The notes: generated by a model not told the origin, from the sequence alone. Counted from the first letter of the whole stretch, positions 12,046 to 24,578 are shown. The stretch: DNA of 63,576 nucleotides, filler included, from Phoronis australis (GCA_002633005.1; 7 parts of 7 records of this genome joined end to end with filler, not necessarily neighbours in it); one strand, 5' to 3'. Made by a program: numbers and translations.

Positions 12046-12714
12046 TTACTCCATAATCACAGATGCTCATGAAAGTGACATCTGAAATCTGAGGTTGAAT
12101 ATCTCTGCAATTACCATGTGTAATCCAGGATGACCAAAATTGATCCAGACCTCACTTAAATCAGACTATTATCACCTATACGTTCATTGCATCATGAAAA
12201 GTATTTCTTATTAGAATTCGCATATTTGCAAAAAATAGATGAACACGGCAATTAAAAAGATCATCATGAATAGTTAAATTTCTCATTGCTTTAGATATAC
12301 AACATAAATCATGCTTCTAAACATCTTTGGAATAACATCACAAGGTAACTGGAGAAGATGCTCAACTTGTCACTTCAATGCAATAACACTACTATTGAGT
12401 AGAACTGATTCATTTAAACATCATTCTCAACACATTTTTATACTAATAATTAACCTGATAATATCATCCAATGTTAAGCAGTAATTATGTCGTTTACTGG
12501 CAATGCTTGCAGACAAGCTTGAACTTATCAATAATTGCAGTTTGCAACCTATGATGCATTTAGCAAGATTCCATTCATAAAGGTCACGCACTAAACACTC
12601 TTGCATTGATCCTAAACACCTCACTATTGTGTGGTAGGCCTCTGATGGAGGTTCAATGGCAATGCAACATCAAGCACATAGTCTCTGACATTGACGTTAT
12701 ATTCCTATCATTAC

Positions 12715-12935
12715 CTGTTGATTCTATCACCAAATGTGGCCTTGATAATCTGTCTGAGTATGGCTACAATCCGTCTACGCAGCCACTGGTTCTTGTGTTT
12801 TAACTCAAACACTTCGTCCATCATAAGCAACATAATGCGTAGTGGTATATTGTCCTCATCTTCACTGTCAAGCCCAGCACTCACCTTACCACTGTCTAGT
12901 AACTCATTACGACCAACAGTGGGCGCTGCTGTAAT
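12715..12935 (-). CDS. SNX13: Sorting nexin-13 exon
   Basis: ..VSAGLDSEDEDNIPLRIMLLMMDEVFELKHKNQWLRRRIVAILRQIIKATFGDRINR matches SNX13 DNIPLRVMLLLMDEVFDLKERNQWLRR; phases consistent. Confidence 0.95.
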
Positions 12936-12979
12936 CTGAACAATAGTAAAGCCTGTTACATGCCTGCCACATATAACAT

Positions 12980-14350
12980 TCAAGAGCAACACAGAGCATT
13001 GAAATGCAGTTTAAATGTACTCCAAACAATATTCTTTTAGGGGTGTTTATTAGTATCATAATAATATCACAGAATATGTTGAACACGTACCAAAATAGGA
13101 GGGTGTCATACTGTCTCCCTAATAGAAACTAAAATATCAAATTTCATGAAAATTTGTCAAGGAACTCCAAAGATTTAGAGGCAACGTGAAAAAACAAACT
13201 GCTGCTAGGAGGCACAGCAGAAGTCGAATCCATCCATCTGCTGTCAAGTTAACAGCTATGTACTTCCCAAATTTCCAACAAAAGATCCCACAAAAACTGC
13301 AGGAGATATAGCTATAAATGCAAAACAATCCAGTAGAGGGTGCCACAGCAGCTGAACCCATCAAAACATCCATGTCAGTCATGCTCTTGTCAGTAAGATT
13401 ACGTCTGCCAATTTTCATAATAATCCAGGGTCCAAAGCATGGCATCTTGTCAAATCCCAAATACAACCTGGCAACGTTCCGGGGTCGAACAACTTGAACT
13501 GAGGCTGCCAAACTTCAATGGCAAGAGATGAAAATGAAATAAACGGGATATCTGACGTGAAAAAATGACAAACTCCTGTGGTGCACCCGAAATTACCAGG
13601 ATGGCGTTTTTTTCCTTTGCTCGAACAGAACATTAAAAGTTTCGTGCATTCTCTGTGATGACTAACGCTGAATATTACATGCACTGGATCACCTCTTTTG
13701 AGAGACGAACACAATCGGCATACGTCATCAGTGCATGACTCAAATACAGACCCTTACGACTTTTGTCGAACGATTTCGACTTCTGTCTGTTTACTTCATG
13801 AAGTATTCTGAGTGCCTGCTCATATGTGTGCATGGTGACTTCATGACAACCTGGGATTTTTACACGGTTGCCAAACAAAATCTGAGATGAAACTGGTAAA
13901 ATCACAACTAGGGGTGCCAGAGTACCAGTCGAACTTGTCCTAAAATCATCAGCTACGGCCTTTTCACCAGAAACACATCTACCAATTTTCATAACGATCT
14001 TTCAAGCAGCTTGGCAGAGAGATTGGTGGATGCCAATAACAGACTTTACATTTAAAAAATGGCCACTAAGTGGTGCAGAATCCGACAAATTTGTCTGAAA
14101 ATGGAAACCTGTATGCCGAATTTCATGAAAATCCATCACAGAACTCCAAAGATAGAGACAAATAAAAAACAAAATTGCTACGAGGGGGCATAGAGATGGT
14201 CAGGTTGATCCGAAACTTGCAATCTGTCTTCAGCTTCATTGGAACACTTATACCAAATCTTATTAAAATCCTACAAGGAGTTTAGGAGATACAGTAGGGA
14301 AAGCCAGACGTCTAGACAGAGATGATAGCTATATACACTCATGTTATGTA
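12980..14350 (-). mobile_element. Older diverged HINE-like copy with an internal insertion (~13435-13880)
   Basis: CAAGAGCAACACAGAGCATTGAAATGC end motif, degenerate central repeats (e.g. GGCCACTAAGTGGTGC) and GACAGAGATGAT near the other end. Confidence 0.55.
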
Positions 14351-14547
14351 TAACTATGGACTTAGAGCTTGGACCACTAACTGGTTGATGAAATGGTGAG
14401 ATTATAACCAGCCATTTCAGATCTGCATGTTTCACTTTCAACCTAGTATACCACGTCTTAATTGGTACAACATTTGATAAAGAATGTCTGGAAAACTGGT
14501 CAATCTTTTAACACTTAATCATGGCATCATTTTTAATCTAAACTTAC

Positions 14548-14694
14548 ATTGAACAACTTGCCAAATCCATCCACCATGTAGCCAGCCTTGTCCTTGACAC
14601 CTCCAGACAACTTGACCACACCCTCCATCACATTATCCGGCACAGACTTAACAGCATTACCCATGTTCCTTAAAGGGTTAACTATCGTGTCCAT
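14548..14694 (-). CDS. SNX13: Sorting nexin-13 exon (after PX domain)
   Basis: MDTIVNPLRNMGNAVKSVPDNVMEGVVKLSGG resembles SNX13 MDTFVNPLRNSMRNVSNAVKSLPD; TAG/GTAAGT; 147 nt. Confidence 0.9.
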
Positions 14695-14727
14695 CTAAAA
14701 ACACATTCATCGTATAATGCTGTAAGT

Positions 14728-14827
14728 NNNNNNNNNNNNNNNNNNNNNNNNNNNNNNNNNNNNNNNNNNNNTTAATTAATTAANNNNNNNNNNNNNNNNN
14801 NNNNNNNNNNNNNNNNNNNNNNNNNNN
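14728..14827. other. Artificial contig linker
   Basis: 44N-TTAATTAATTAA-44N. Confidence 0.95.
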
Positions 14828-15934
14828 GAAATGTTGACTATCATTTTGTTTGTTTTCATTGACACCACCAGGTGCTGTGTGGTGTCTCTTAAAGCCTCAT
14901 AACATCAGCTTCTGATGTCAAACACATTCTTCCCAAGACTATTTGCTCTTGCAACAAAAACCTAAACTATAACATTCAGTCTGAAGCAAATTTTCTTCCT
15001 ATCCCGGATTTCCCTTCAAATTTGAGTTAAGAGCAAGTCAGCGAGAGTAGAGAACAAGTTCAAAATAGCAGTAGGAGCTAATTTTAAATTTGTTTTTTGA
15101 CTAGAAAATTGCCCGAGATGGATTGAAGTTTTAAAAGATGTTAGCCAGTTCAGTGAGAGTGACTTGCTATTTAATTGATGTTGGGAATTCGCCTAATAGA
15201 CAATTTGAGAAACTGGAATATATTAGTTTCTTAATGAACAACCTGGTGCAGCAACTTTTAGGTAAAGAGTAGATTATGTAACAAACTGCATCCCATGGAC
15301 TGGCACAGTTGCTTAAAAATAATTTGTATGCAACATGGGGTCACTGGGAATACATGAATCATTTTTCTTAGAGTGAGCAGCATTAATTTTAAACCCATGC
15401 TTTTTGTCAAAACCGATTTTTATTTAGGTTACATAAAAAGGTCATCTTATCTCTACTCAGTTTAGAAGTGATCTCGGGCTCAGGAAATACAGACAGTTTA
15501 ATATTATTTCAGTCCAATCTCAATAAATTTCCAGTCGTAGCGTGGACTGTTGAGCTCAGACTTGAAAGTTCTAAGAAACTGACTCATTGGATTTGTCTTG
15601 GTGAATTACTGCAAACAATTTCAATTGTGACAAGAAGGCAATAACGGGAGTGTAAATAATGAGTCGGAACAAGCAAGTTGTTTTGCACACGAGATCATGG
15701 TTTACGGCCACTTTAAATAGCAAATCTCTATACTTTAGGATCCTGATTTTATGGAAGTCGTGTGAATACATATTTGGTGGTTCTTCTATAATCCAGGTGT
15801 TTTGTAACAGTGTAGGTAAAACATTCAAACTTCTTAGAAAAACCTGTGTTTGACAAAAGCTAGCACTGACATAGGGAAACAACTGACTGGATGGCAGATG
15901 TTAAGGGGGCTGGTTTTCAGGGGCCTGGTGTTAA

Positions 15935-16045
15935 AAAAAAATAATTGCAGGCGGTCTGATACATGTTGTACCAGACGTGCGCAGGCCTCGCATGTGGGCC
16001 CATTGCACTGATCACCTGGAAATATTTTTTGCTTTATTAATATAT
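15935..16045 (-). mobile_element. 5'-truncated copy of the T-tailed SINE
   Basis: Reverse complement matches the SINE tail at 17480-17600; flanked by GGGCCTGGTGTTAA at 15921-15934 and 16046-16059. Confidence 0.7.
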
Positions 16046-17005
16046 GGGCCTGGTGTTAAGAGGGACTGATGTTAAGAGGGACTGATGTAGAGGGTACTGG
16101 TGATAAGGAAGACTTTATCAAAAATAAAACAATGTACTTGCTCTGTGACATTTTATTCAATTATGTCATCAATATTCATATCTGTTTTGACCTTGATCTA
16201 CAGAATGTATTAGCAAAAATTTGTGAACAGAACACAATGAAATGCAATAACGTTTGAATGATACGTTACAAAGGAGATGCATTAAACATCTACAGTAAGT
16301 CATAATTACTGCAGATGCTGAAATTTTATATCACACACTGCACAACAGTATGAAAATATTTAAAATACACATAAAACTACAAATAAATAAATAAATAAAA
16401 ATTGTGATATCAATTCGTAACTTAAATTAGGAAGTCGATCTTGTGGCATGAGCTATGATCTAAGATCAAATATATTGAAGATCAGAATTGTTGTGGTGGC
16501 TACAAGCGCTCCTACGTGGTATCCCACAACTAACTTCTGTTTATGAACATTTACTGTATTATGAAACTGGTCTCAAATTAATCCTTGGTCAAACTAGATG
16601 TGATCTCATGGACTGGAAAGAACTGACAGTCTCATTGCTTGAGACCAGACATGACAAGCAATAACAAACCGTAAGAAATCACTTCTTATTTGATTTAGGA
16701 ACAAGTAACTGATGAATTTAGAGCGGTGAGTGGCCAAAATCAAAATATAGTTTTTTTTGACAAAACGTGAATGGACAGCCGCTTTAACTGATTAACATTT
16801 AATGTTCATGGTTTTGTTCTCATGTTTTTATTATTCAAACACACTATAACACAGAATCACTGAGCTTCAGTATTGAAGTATAATACAGCTGGTAGGCTTC
16901 ACTACAGGTTCAATACAATTACAATAATGTTCTGACTCGCCATGTTCCTGGTCCTTGAAGCCTATTTGTCGCACACGGTGATAGCTGTGGGTGCCTGGAG
17001 AGCTG

Positions 17006-17152
17006 TTACTGTAAGTTGGCAGAAAACACCTTGGCAATGTGCTTGGCCCGTTCAGCTGATGGTAAGCTATTCAGAAGTCCCTTACAGTGCTTGTCGCTCT
17101 TCATGGCAATAGGACGCTGCCCAGGTTCCTTCAAGAGATCATTTGACACAAA
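17006..17152 (-). CDS. Uncharacterised protein, terminal coding exon
   Basis: CAG acceptor; FVSNDLLKEPGQRPIAMKSDKHCKGLLNSLPSAERAKHIAKVFSANLQ*; in phase with exon 18085-18172. Confidence 0.7.
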   Translation of the reverse strand, partial: FVSNDLLKEPGQRPIAMKSDKHCKGLLNSLPSAERAKHIAKVFSANLQ

Positions 17153-17244
17153 CTGTAAACAACCCAAATATGACTAGTTATGCCCGTTGCTCAGTTTAAG
17201 AGATAAGTGGTGCAAATTTAAATATAATAACTTCACTCAATGTG

Positions 17245-17602
17245 TAGAGGAGGCAGTGTGGTCTGGTTGAGAAGTGCCCGCTTTCTTTATTCAAGGTCGT
17301 GGGTTCGAGTCCCACCAGGTCATACTGCTAAACCCTTGAGCCAGGTTTCCAGCTCCACAGCTCGGTTTTAACCATATATTAATAAAGCATAAAAATAGTT
17401 CCAGGTGATCAGTGCAATTGGCCCACATGCGAGGCCTGCGCACGTCTGGTACGTGTATCAGACCGCCTGCAATTNAACCATATATTAATAAAGCATAAAA
17501 ATAGTTCCAGGTGATCAGTGCAATTGGCCCACATGCGAGGCCTGCGCACGTCTGGTACAACGTGTATCAGACCGCCTGCAATTGTTTTTTTTTTTTTTTT
17601 GT
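17245..17602 (+). mobile_element. tRNA-derived SINE with poly(T) tail and 13-bp TSD (length inflated by an assembly overlap at n17475)
   Basis: A-box-like TGGTCTGGTTG and B-box GGTTCGAGTCC; TSD TTCACTCAATGTG at 17232-17244 and 17603-17615; related copies at 15935 and 61225. Confidence 0.8.
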
Positions 17603-18084
17603 TTCACTCAATGTGGATCTGCTCTTCCTTCACAAACAGTACAGGCAATCTCACGAACAACGTTCTTTTTTATCATGAACAAACATTCCTCCTGCTGCCT
17701 CTGCCTGGCTTGTGATTGAGCAAGACGGCCCACCTGTCCCTCATTTATGCTAATGTTTTTGTTAAAATCATTGTTTCTTCTGTTTTTCAATGGCTGCTTT
17801 CACAGCAGCAAATAATGGAACCTTGCTAAAGAATATTTTGTCTTAATGAATGAAAAATATTTTCTCTGTAAACCAAGCTCCTACGGACCCAAGTTTTCGT
17901 GATCCTTATTTTTGTTGAAAAATTTTGACAAACTAAAATTCCCATCCTTTTCATATTGTACCAGTCGTAATGCATACAAAGACAGTGTTACATCACATTA
18001 ACACCACGAGTGACTGTGTTAATAGACCACACATTAAGCTTGACTACTTTGCTTTGAACAAGTTTTCACAACTGTTTATTTTAC

Positions 18085-18172
18085 CTTCTTTGTCTGCTGT
18101 GTTGCATAAGACATTTTGAGAGTGTGCATAGACTCCTCCATTTTATCAACAGATGGGAAAAAATGCGTCGAC
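18085..18172 (-). CDS. Uncharacterised protein, internal exon
   Basis: CAG/GTAA; STHFFPSVDKMEESMHTLKMSYATQQTKK; phase 2-0 links the 1446-nt exon to the last exon. Confidence 0.7.
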
Positions 18173-19186
18173 CTGGAAGTGAAAATAAAGAACCTTACGT
18201 ATTTACTTAACATACCGTTTGACCACACCCAATAATATGCAAGAAATGTGCTAGCCTCTCAGATAGTCTAAAGGTACATTTGATTTCAAAAAACAAAAAC
18301 TGGCGAAATTTTGAAATAAAAAGGTTCCTGCTCATACTCAAATGATTCAGTGTTATAATTTCCTGCAGTATTCTCCCTACAAATTTGATGAGGCGAGACT
18401 GTACAACACATTGCCATCTGTTGACAAGTGGGCGACTTGCACACATCTTTACAGAATCACGTATGAATGACAGCAGTCGTCTGATTGTGCACTAAGAAAT
18501 ATCATCATGTGAGACTGCTGAAAGCATACAGTTGCAGGTGTACCCACCCAATAAATTTTTACTGTTCTTAATTGAGATTTTTATGCATGTCAAGGGTGTG
18601 GTTATTTGGATTATTTAAAAGCAGGATATTATAGCAGGCTGCTGATTTCTTAAGTGTACAATGGACTTGACCAGTCAACACAAGACTTAAGATAATGATC
18701 CCACTGGTTGGAAATTTACAATGATCTCAGTGAGCTGATGTACCTGCAGCTGGCGCTTTGTTTATGACAGCTCTAACCTTCCCATTGTGCAATGGTTGAG
18801 TTGTTGAATACAAAATGTACTGGCAGTAAATAATTAGTTATAATGCAGAGCAACCACTGCGCCGTGACAAACTGGCTGTATGAGAACAGCTCTGAATAAG
18901 CTATAAGATATGAGCACAGCCCCCGAAATCGCTTTTGCATTATATCCAGGTTCTCATTCACTCCCTTGCATATATTCTCTAGTAAGAGCGACCTCAGAGG
19001 ATTAGGAGAAAACTGTGTGCTCATTTGTCAGGCAGTGAAGCCAGAATTTGAACCCAGGTCCCCAAACAAGAGTCTGGACCTCAAAACACTGAGCCATACT
19101 GAGTAAGCTATCAACAGGTAGTTCACTGGCCAAACCATCTCATTCACAATATCAAGTGATCAAATGAGTAAGCCCTCAAACTGTAC

Positions 19187-20632
19187 CGTTGGAAGGTGGC
19201 CTCTTCACGCTGAGGGTTCCTAGTGTCCCTTGATATAGGAGCACCACACGGTAACTGTTGCTGAGTGCACCCTAATATTGGAGTATTATGTGGTAACTGT
19301 TGTCGGGTATCCCCTATTGAAGGAGCACTACATGGCAACTGTTGCTGGGCGTTTCCTGGTGCAGGTGAAGTGTATGGCATCTGTTGCCATACGTCCCCTG
19401 GTGAGGGAGCAGTGTACACCTGCTGCTGAGTGTCCCTTGGCGAGGGATCAGTGTACACCTGCTGCCGAGTGTCTCCTGATGAAGAAGCACTGAATGGGAA
19501 TTGTAGCAGAGTGTCTACTGGTGACACATCATTATACACCTGTTGTTGGGTGTCCGCTGGTGAGGGATCATTGTACTCCTTCTGCCGAGTGTCCCCTGAT
19601 GAAGAAGCACTGTATGGGAATTGTTGCCGAGTTTCTACTGGTGACACATCATTATACAACTGTTGTCGGGTGTCCCCCCATGAGGGATCATTGTTCAACT
19701 GTTGCCGCATGTCCGCTACCCGTTCAATTTGGCGGTCATCATTCATTACAGAGCTCACTGCCAGTGAGTCAGTGCTGCTGTCATTATCTGCAATGACATC
19801 CGACACCTCCAAATCACATGGGTCATCTTCAGCCGGGTCGACCACCAGACAAGTTGAATCTGGACTACCTTGTTCTGATACATCACTAAATCTCTCTTGA
19901 AAAGCATCATTATTTATCATCTCTAAACTTCCATCATGTGTCCATGTGTCATTGTCACCCAGACAGTTGTTCAGATTCACATTTTCACCATTATTGTCTG
20001 TGTCACCTGACTGCTCCTTTGTTACTTCAGCGTTACCCTCTGGTGTGTAATGACCCCCCTGACTGGCATTATCCTCATCCTCTAAATCACTGATGTCTAC
20101 CACTTCAATGTCTGATGACTGCCTTGGTTCATGTGAGCTACTCTCCAGTTCACTTTCAGAGCTCAACATATGCAGTGCTTGGCTAACAGCATCTTGCACA
20201 ATAGTTTTACTTGCTGCTGTTCTGATGACGCTATCCACTATTTCTTTACCCATAGTTTGACTAGACCTACTCTCATGTTCCATGGCAGGCTCGTCTGCAG
20301 GTGACAACATGTCATCTCCACCAATTTCTACGTCACCAACACCAACATTATGCTCGGTGTCAGCTTCACAACTATCCTCGTCTGATGTCTGACTAAAACT
20401 TTCCCTCGTTTGCTTCCTTCGTTTCTTGCGTGATCTCTTCTTAGGGACCTTCAAGTGGTCCATCCTGCTCCCAGACTGTCCTGTATCAGCCTCTGTGGCC
20501 CCCTTCGCTGTGACAGGCGAGGGAGTGTACTTGATGGTAAATGTCTCAGTGGTGAAGCCCCCTCTGGACTGATGCTCTCTCAACTTGGCCTGGAACTTTG
20601 CCTTCAAGTCTTCAAGGTCCTTCATGATTTGC
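19187..20632 (-). CDS. Uncharacterised protein, large acidic/low-complexity exon with 13-14-aa tandem repeats and a basic NLS-like patch
   Basis: Overlaps the 493-aa ORF; TTTTAG acceptor and CG|GTACAG donor; 1446 nt, phase 2-2; contains PKKRSRKKRRK. Confidence 0.8.
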
Positions 20633-21018
20633 CTAAAACAAAATTAACCTGCTGTCAAGACCCAAGCATTTAGAGCGTATAATTTGCTTAAATGAGAGAC
20701 ACACGAGTCCAAGCATTGCTTGACTCAAACAAAGTTCTAGAGAATGGCCTTACTAGTTCAGTGATCGGCAACGTAGAGCACAAGAGCCAGATCTGGTTCA
20801 CCTTTATCCATTTTGAGCGATCTAGCAGACTTTGAAAAGTGTTCAAAGTTGATCCACACTGTTTAGGGCATTATTTCATTTTAATGACTGAAGGGATCTA
20901 GTCGTTGTTGCTATCACTATGCTAAAATCCTACCAATAGACTTATACTGTAACTACTAAATGGTATGAAGGTAATAAGCATTATTGATTATATGCTACTT
21001 ATGTGACTGCCAAAAATC

Positions 21019-21312
21019 GTTGTACACATAGCAGGTCTTAATCAGTCATACTTCACTAAATTGTACACGTATAAGGTCTAATTCAATCAAACCTCACTAC
21101 ATTGTACACATAGCAATACTTATCCAGACAAACCTCACTAAATTGTACACATAGCAGTACTTATTCAGCTAGCCTTCACTACATTGGACACACAGCAGGT
21201 CTTATCCAGCAGGACCTCACTACACTGTACACAAAGCAGGTCTTATTCAGCCAGACATCACTACACTGTACACAAAGCAGGTCTTATTCAGTGACATGTC
21301 ACTCACTACATT
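21019..21312. repeat. Minisatellite, ~41-bp unit (CCTCACTACACTGTACACAAAGCAGGTCTTATTCAGCCAGA), abutting a splice donor
   Basis: About seven tandem copies ending directly at the donor of exon 21315-21455. Confidence 0.8.
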
Positions 21313-21314
21313 AC

Positions 21315-21455
21315 CACTTCACAAAGCCCGCCTCATTAACATAATGAGCATCCTCACCAAAAAGATCACAAATGTCACCTGACACTCCCAGCCTTGTCTT
21401 TGCACCAGTTATAACAAATGTTTTGGAGAAGTAGAAAAACAAAGACAACGGCAGT
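21315..21455 (-). CDS. Uncharacterised protein, internal exon
   Basis: T-tract plus CAG acceptor; LPLSLFFYFSKTFVITGAKTRLGVSGDICDLFGEDAHYVNEAGFVK(W); TG|GTAATG joins the G of exon 20632 to give Trp in frame. Confidence 0.62.
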
Positions 21456-21746
21456 CTGTTTTTTAAAAAAAAATCATGACATATACCATGGAACCTTTGA
21501 TAATCAAATATGTAAAGGGGTGCTTGCTGGCATTAGTGCACTTTTTTGTCCAGCAAAAAGCATCCTTTGCAACCACAAATGGAACTAAAAACCATCACAA
21601 GGTAAGATGAATGTTAGAAGTTTACAACAAAGGTTTACTCACTTAACCTGCAACTTTGAAATACTGAAATATGCTATGAACATTCCCACTAAATAAAATT
21701 GGTTCTAACCCCAGTGGTTAAGGTAAACGGCGGGGTATGGAAAATT

Positions 21747-21846
21747 NNNNNNNNNNNNNNNNNNNNNNNNNNNNNNNNNNNNNNNNNNNNTTAATTAATT
21801 AANNNNNNNNNNNNNNNNNNNNNNNNNNNNNNNNNNNNNNNNNNNN
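21747..21846. other. Artificial contig linker
   Basis: 44N-TTAATTAATTAA-44N. Confidence 0.95.
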
Positions 21847-22167
21847 TAGAGCATGGTCTTCAGCAATAACGACATGTCGGTTCTTCTCAAGCCGTGAAGT
21901 CACCTTCAGTTTGACTAGGGAATAATTTGGGACCAATTTCAAGACTGTTAAGCATTCTCACTCAAAAGTTTTTTTCCTGGAACATGAGTTATTAGTATCA
22001 CAAACCAAAAGTTCATTTTCAACAGAGGGTGTGTGCAGAGCACTTTTACCAAGCGTGGCCTCATCAGCACCGTTCCACCCATAGGACCCCCACAAATTCC
22101 CTTCAACTATGCAAAAAAACTAAACACTGTCCTATTTCAACTTTCCAAACAAAGATGGTCAACGTAC

Positions 22168-22238
22168 CTCAGGTCCAGATGATGTGCACCATCCTTAATG
22201 AGAATGCTGATCAGGCTCTCCGACAGGGTCCTGTTAAC
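22168..22238 (-). CDS. DPP7: Dipeptidyl peptidase 2 (peptidase S28) exon with catalytic His
   Basis: [24 protein letters not shown] resembles DPP7 [27 protein letters not shown]/GT. Confidence 0.92.
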
Positions 22239-22909
22239 CTGTGGCGATAACAAGAATACCACTCAGGCAAATTCAAAGCAGGACACTGGTTCACGACCAA
22301 GGCAAGTGCCATTTCTTGGTTGGGTAAGCCTAAGTGTTAATAAAACAAACCTCTAGCCTTGGCAAGACTTCATCGGCCAGCTTCAAACTCAATAGATTTT
22401 AGAAATGTTGGTATGGTAATTCTCAATCAATTTCACACAAAAAACTATTTGCCTATTGTTATTCTCTGTTTTTATAAAGGTTGCCTTAAACTTCATCAAA
22501 TGTTACTTTATGACATCTTCACAGCACAAAAAATGGTGGCAATAGACTAAAATTCCTATGGAGAAATTTAACACACTAGGCGGCCATATTGTGCACTAAA
22601 TAACTGGAGAATTACTGGTACTACATCGTCAGTTTAAAGCAGCCTTATCAAGTTATAGAGCCGGCTAGTTTCTTATTCAGCTGAGAGGTGATTTGTGGGC
22701 TTAGAAAGAATTACAGACAGATAATTACTACTTGGGACCATGCTCAGTGGCACACGCTGTGACAAGCCAACTTGTAGATTTGGGTCTAAAGCAATACTGA
22801 ACAGCTGTCTCATTCTGCTACAAGTACTGGTGGACATGAATCCCAAAGCACTGCACTTTACAAAGAGAAGGTGTGAGATACATGCACAAAAGGCAACATG
22901 TGAGGACTT

Positions 22910-23288
22910 TACTGGTATAGCTCAGTAGTGCAGTATGTACCATATTCTGCTCACTGGTATAGCTCAGTAGTGCAGTATGTACCATATTCTGCTCACTGGT
23001 ATAGCTCAGTAGTGCAGTATGTACCATATTCTGCTCACTGGTATAGCTCAGTATGTACCATATTCTGCTCCCTGGTAGCCTATAGCTCAGTAGTGCAGTA
23101 TGTACCATTCTGCTCACTGGTATAGCTCAGTAGTGCAGTATGTACCATATTTTGCTCACTGGTATAGCTCAGTAGTGCAGTATGTACCATATTCTGCTCA
23201 CTGGTATAGGTCAGTAGTGCAGTATGTACCATATTCTGCTCACTGGTATAGCTCAGTAGTGCAGTATGTACCATATTCTGCTCACTGG
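22910..23288. repeat. Minisatellite, 42-bp unit CTGGTATAGCTCAGTAGTGCAGTATGTACCATATTCTGCTCA
   Basis: About nine near-identical copies; these generate the spurious repetitive ORFs in the track. Confidence 0.9.
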
Positions 23289-24578
23289 CTGGTCATGAAA
23301 GTACTTAAATAACCTAGCTGTCATTTTTGTGATGATTTTGGACATTTTTAGCGCGATTGCATATGTATAGCGAAATTGCATAGCAGCACAAGTGATTCAT
23401 CACATCAGAAACCAATTACACGGTGCAGATAAGCTGAGCTCAGCTTAACAATAATTTATGACATTTTTATGCCGAGTGTGTAATGTACTGTGGATAAAAA
23501 AGTGCCGTAACTTGTCCTGAAAATTACCAGCATCCTGTGCCAAATGTGATTATCAATCGAGTGTGGATACAAACAATGATCAAAGATACGATTTAAATTC
23601 GAAACCTTCACTAGAAAGAAGAATGAGTCACCCACTGTCGAAACAATAATGAGCAAAATACAGTCACACTCAAACTGAGAATCACAACTAATATGAGTAT
23701 GGTAGTTCCTCACATATTTTTGTAAAAATTAAATGCTAAATTGCTCATTTCTCTGTTTTTCAAAGTCTGATTACTTTGCTACAAAATCTAGAATACTCAA
23801 CCAAGTACAAACAAGGCTAGTAACAGACTAGATTTTTCTTAAATCTTTATTTTTGTGGAGAAATAATACAAAATAGAACTTCAATTGTGGACCATATTGC
23901 ATGCAAAATAAGTAAAGTTTAGTGTAGGGAACAAGTTGACACCAGTTTTGAACTACAGTAAGTAATTTAAATCAAAATTGTTTTTAGATGGAAAGCAGCA
24001 TTACAGCATCATCAAATTAAATATTCATTTTTCAGCCAGAATCTACCACTGCTTAGGTGAGTAGTTGTTGTGTATGGTTGTAGCTAAGTTTGAGCAAGAA
24101 TTTGGTTTGCTAAAGATGAAACTTGTGCAAGATATTTTAATGTCTTAAAAGTAAAATACAAACTTAAGGCTACAAGTTTCTAGTTTTCAAAATAGATCAT
24201 GCGTCGCCAAACATCATTAAGAAGTGGTGGAAAATTTATTGACAAAGTTGTTTTAGTCCTGACTACCTTTCGACACAACCTCTGAATGTTTTGGCGCCTG
24301 GTTATAAGCTGTAATACCAGTCTAGGTGTCAACTCAAAGAATTGATGACCAATGGTGACAATGGTGACAAATTAATCTCTATGACTTGTTCATTGTTCAA
24401 CATTATTATCGACACAACCACAAGAGAGAATTACTATCTTTGGGGGGTTCTTTGTGAAACCATAAAAAAGTAAAATTATAAAACAGTCTTTTTGAAACAA
24501 GTCTAAAACGTAAATTTTAGCTCGTATTATTGATTCTAAAATCTCCATGAGTGACAAATTTGAATGTAGGAACATTAC

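Noticed and set aside
17245-17320. Possible tRNA gene
   Set aside because: It has A/B boxes but no convincing cloverleaf, and is followed by a SINE body, T-tail and TSD.
17608-17790. 60-aa minus ORF as an extra exon of the unknown gene
   Set aside because: It ends in a stop at the SINE TSD, and the flanking exons already join in phase without it.
22910-23288. Regular repeats resembling a CRISPR array (also 26141-26815 and 40201-40440)
   Set aside because: Units are contiguous with no unique spacers, there are no cas genes, and the context is eukaryotic introns; these are minisatellites.
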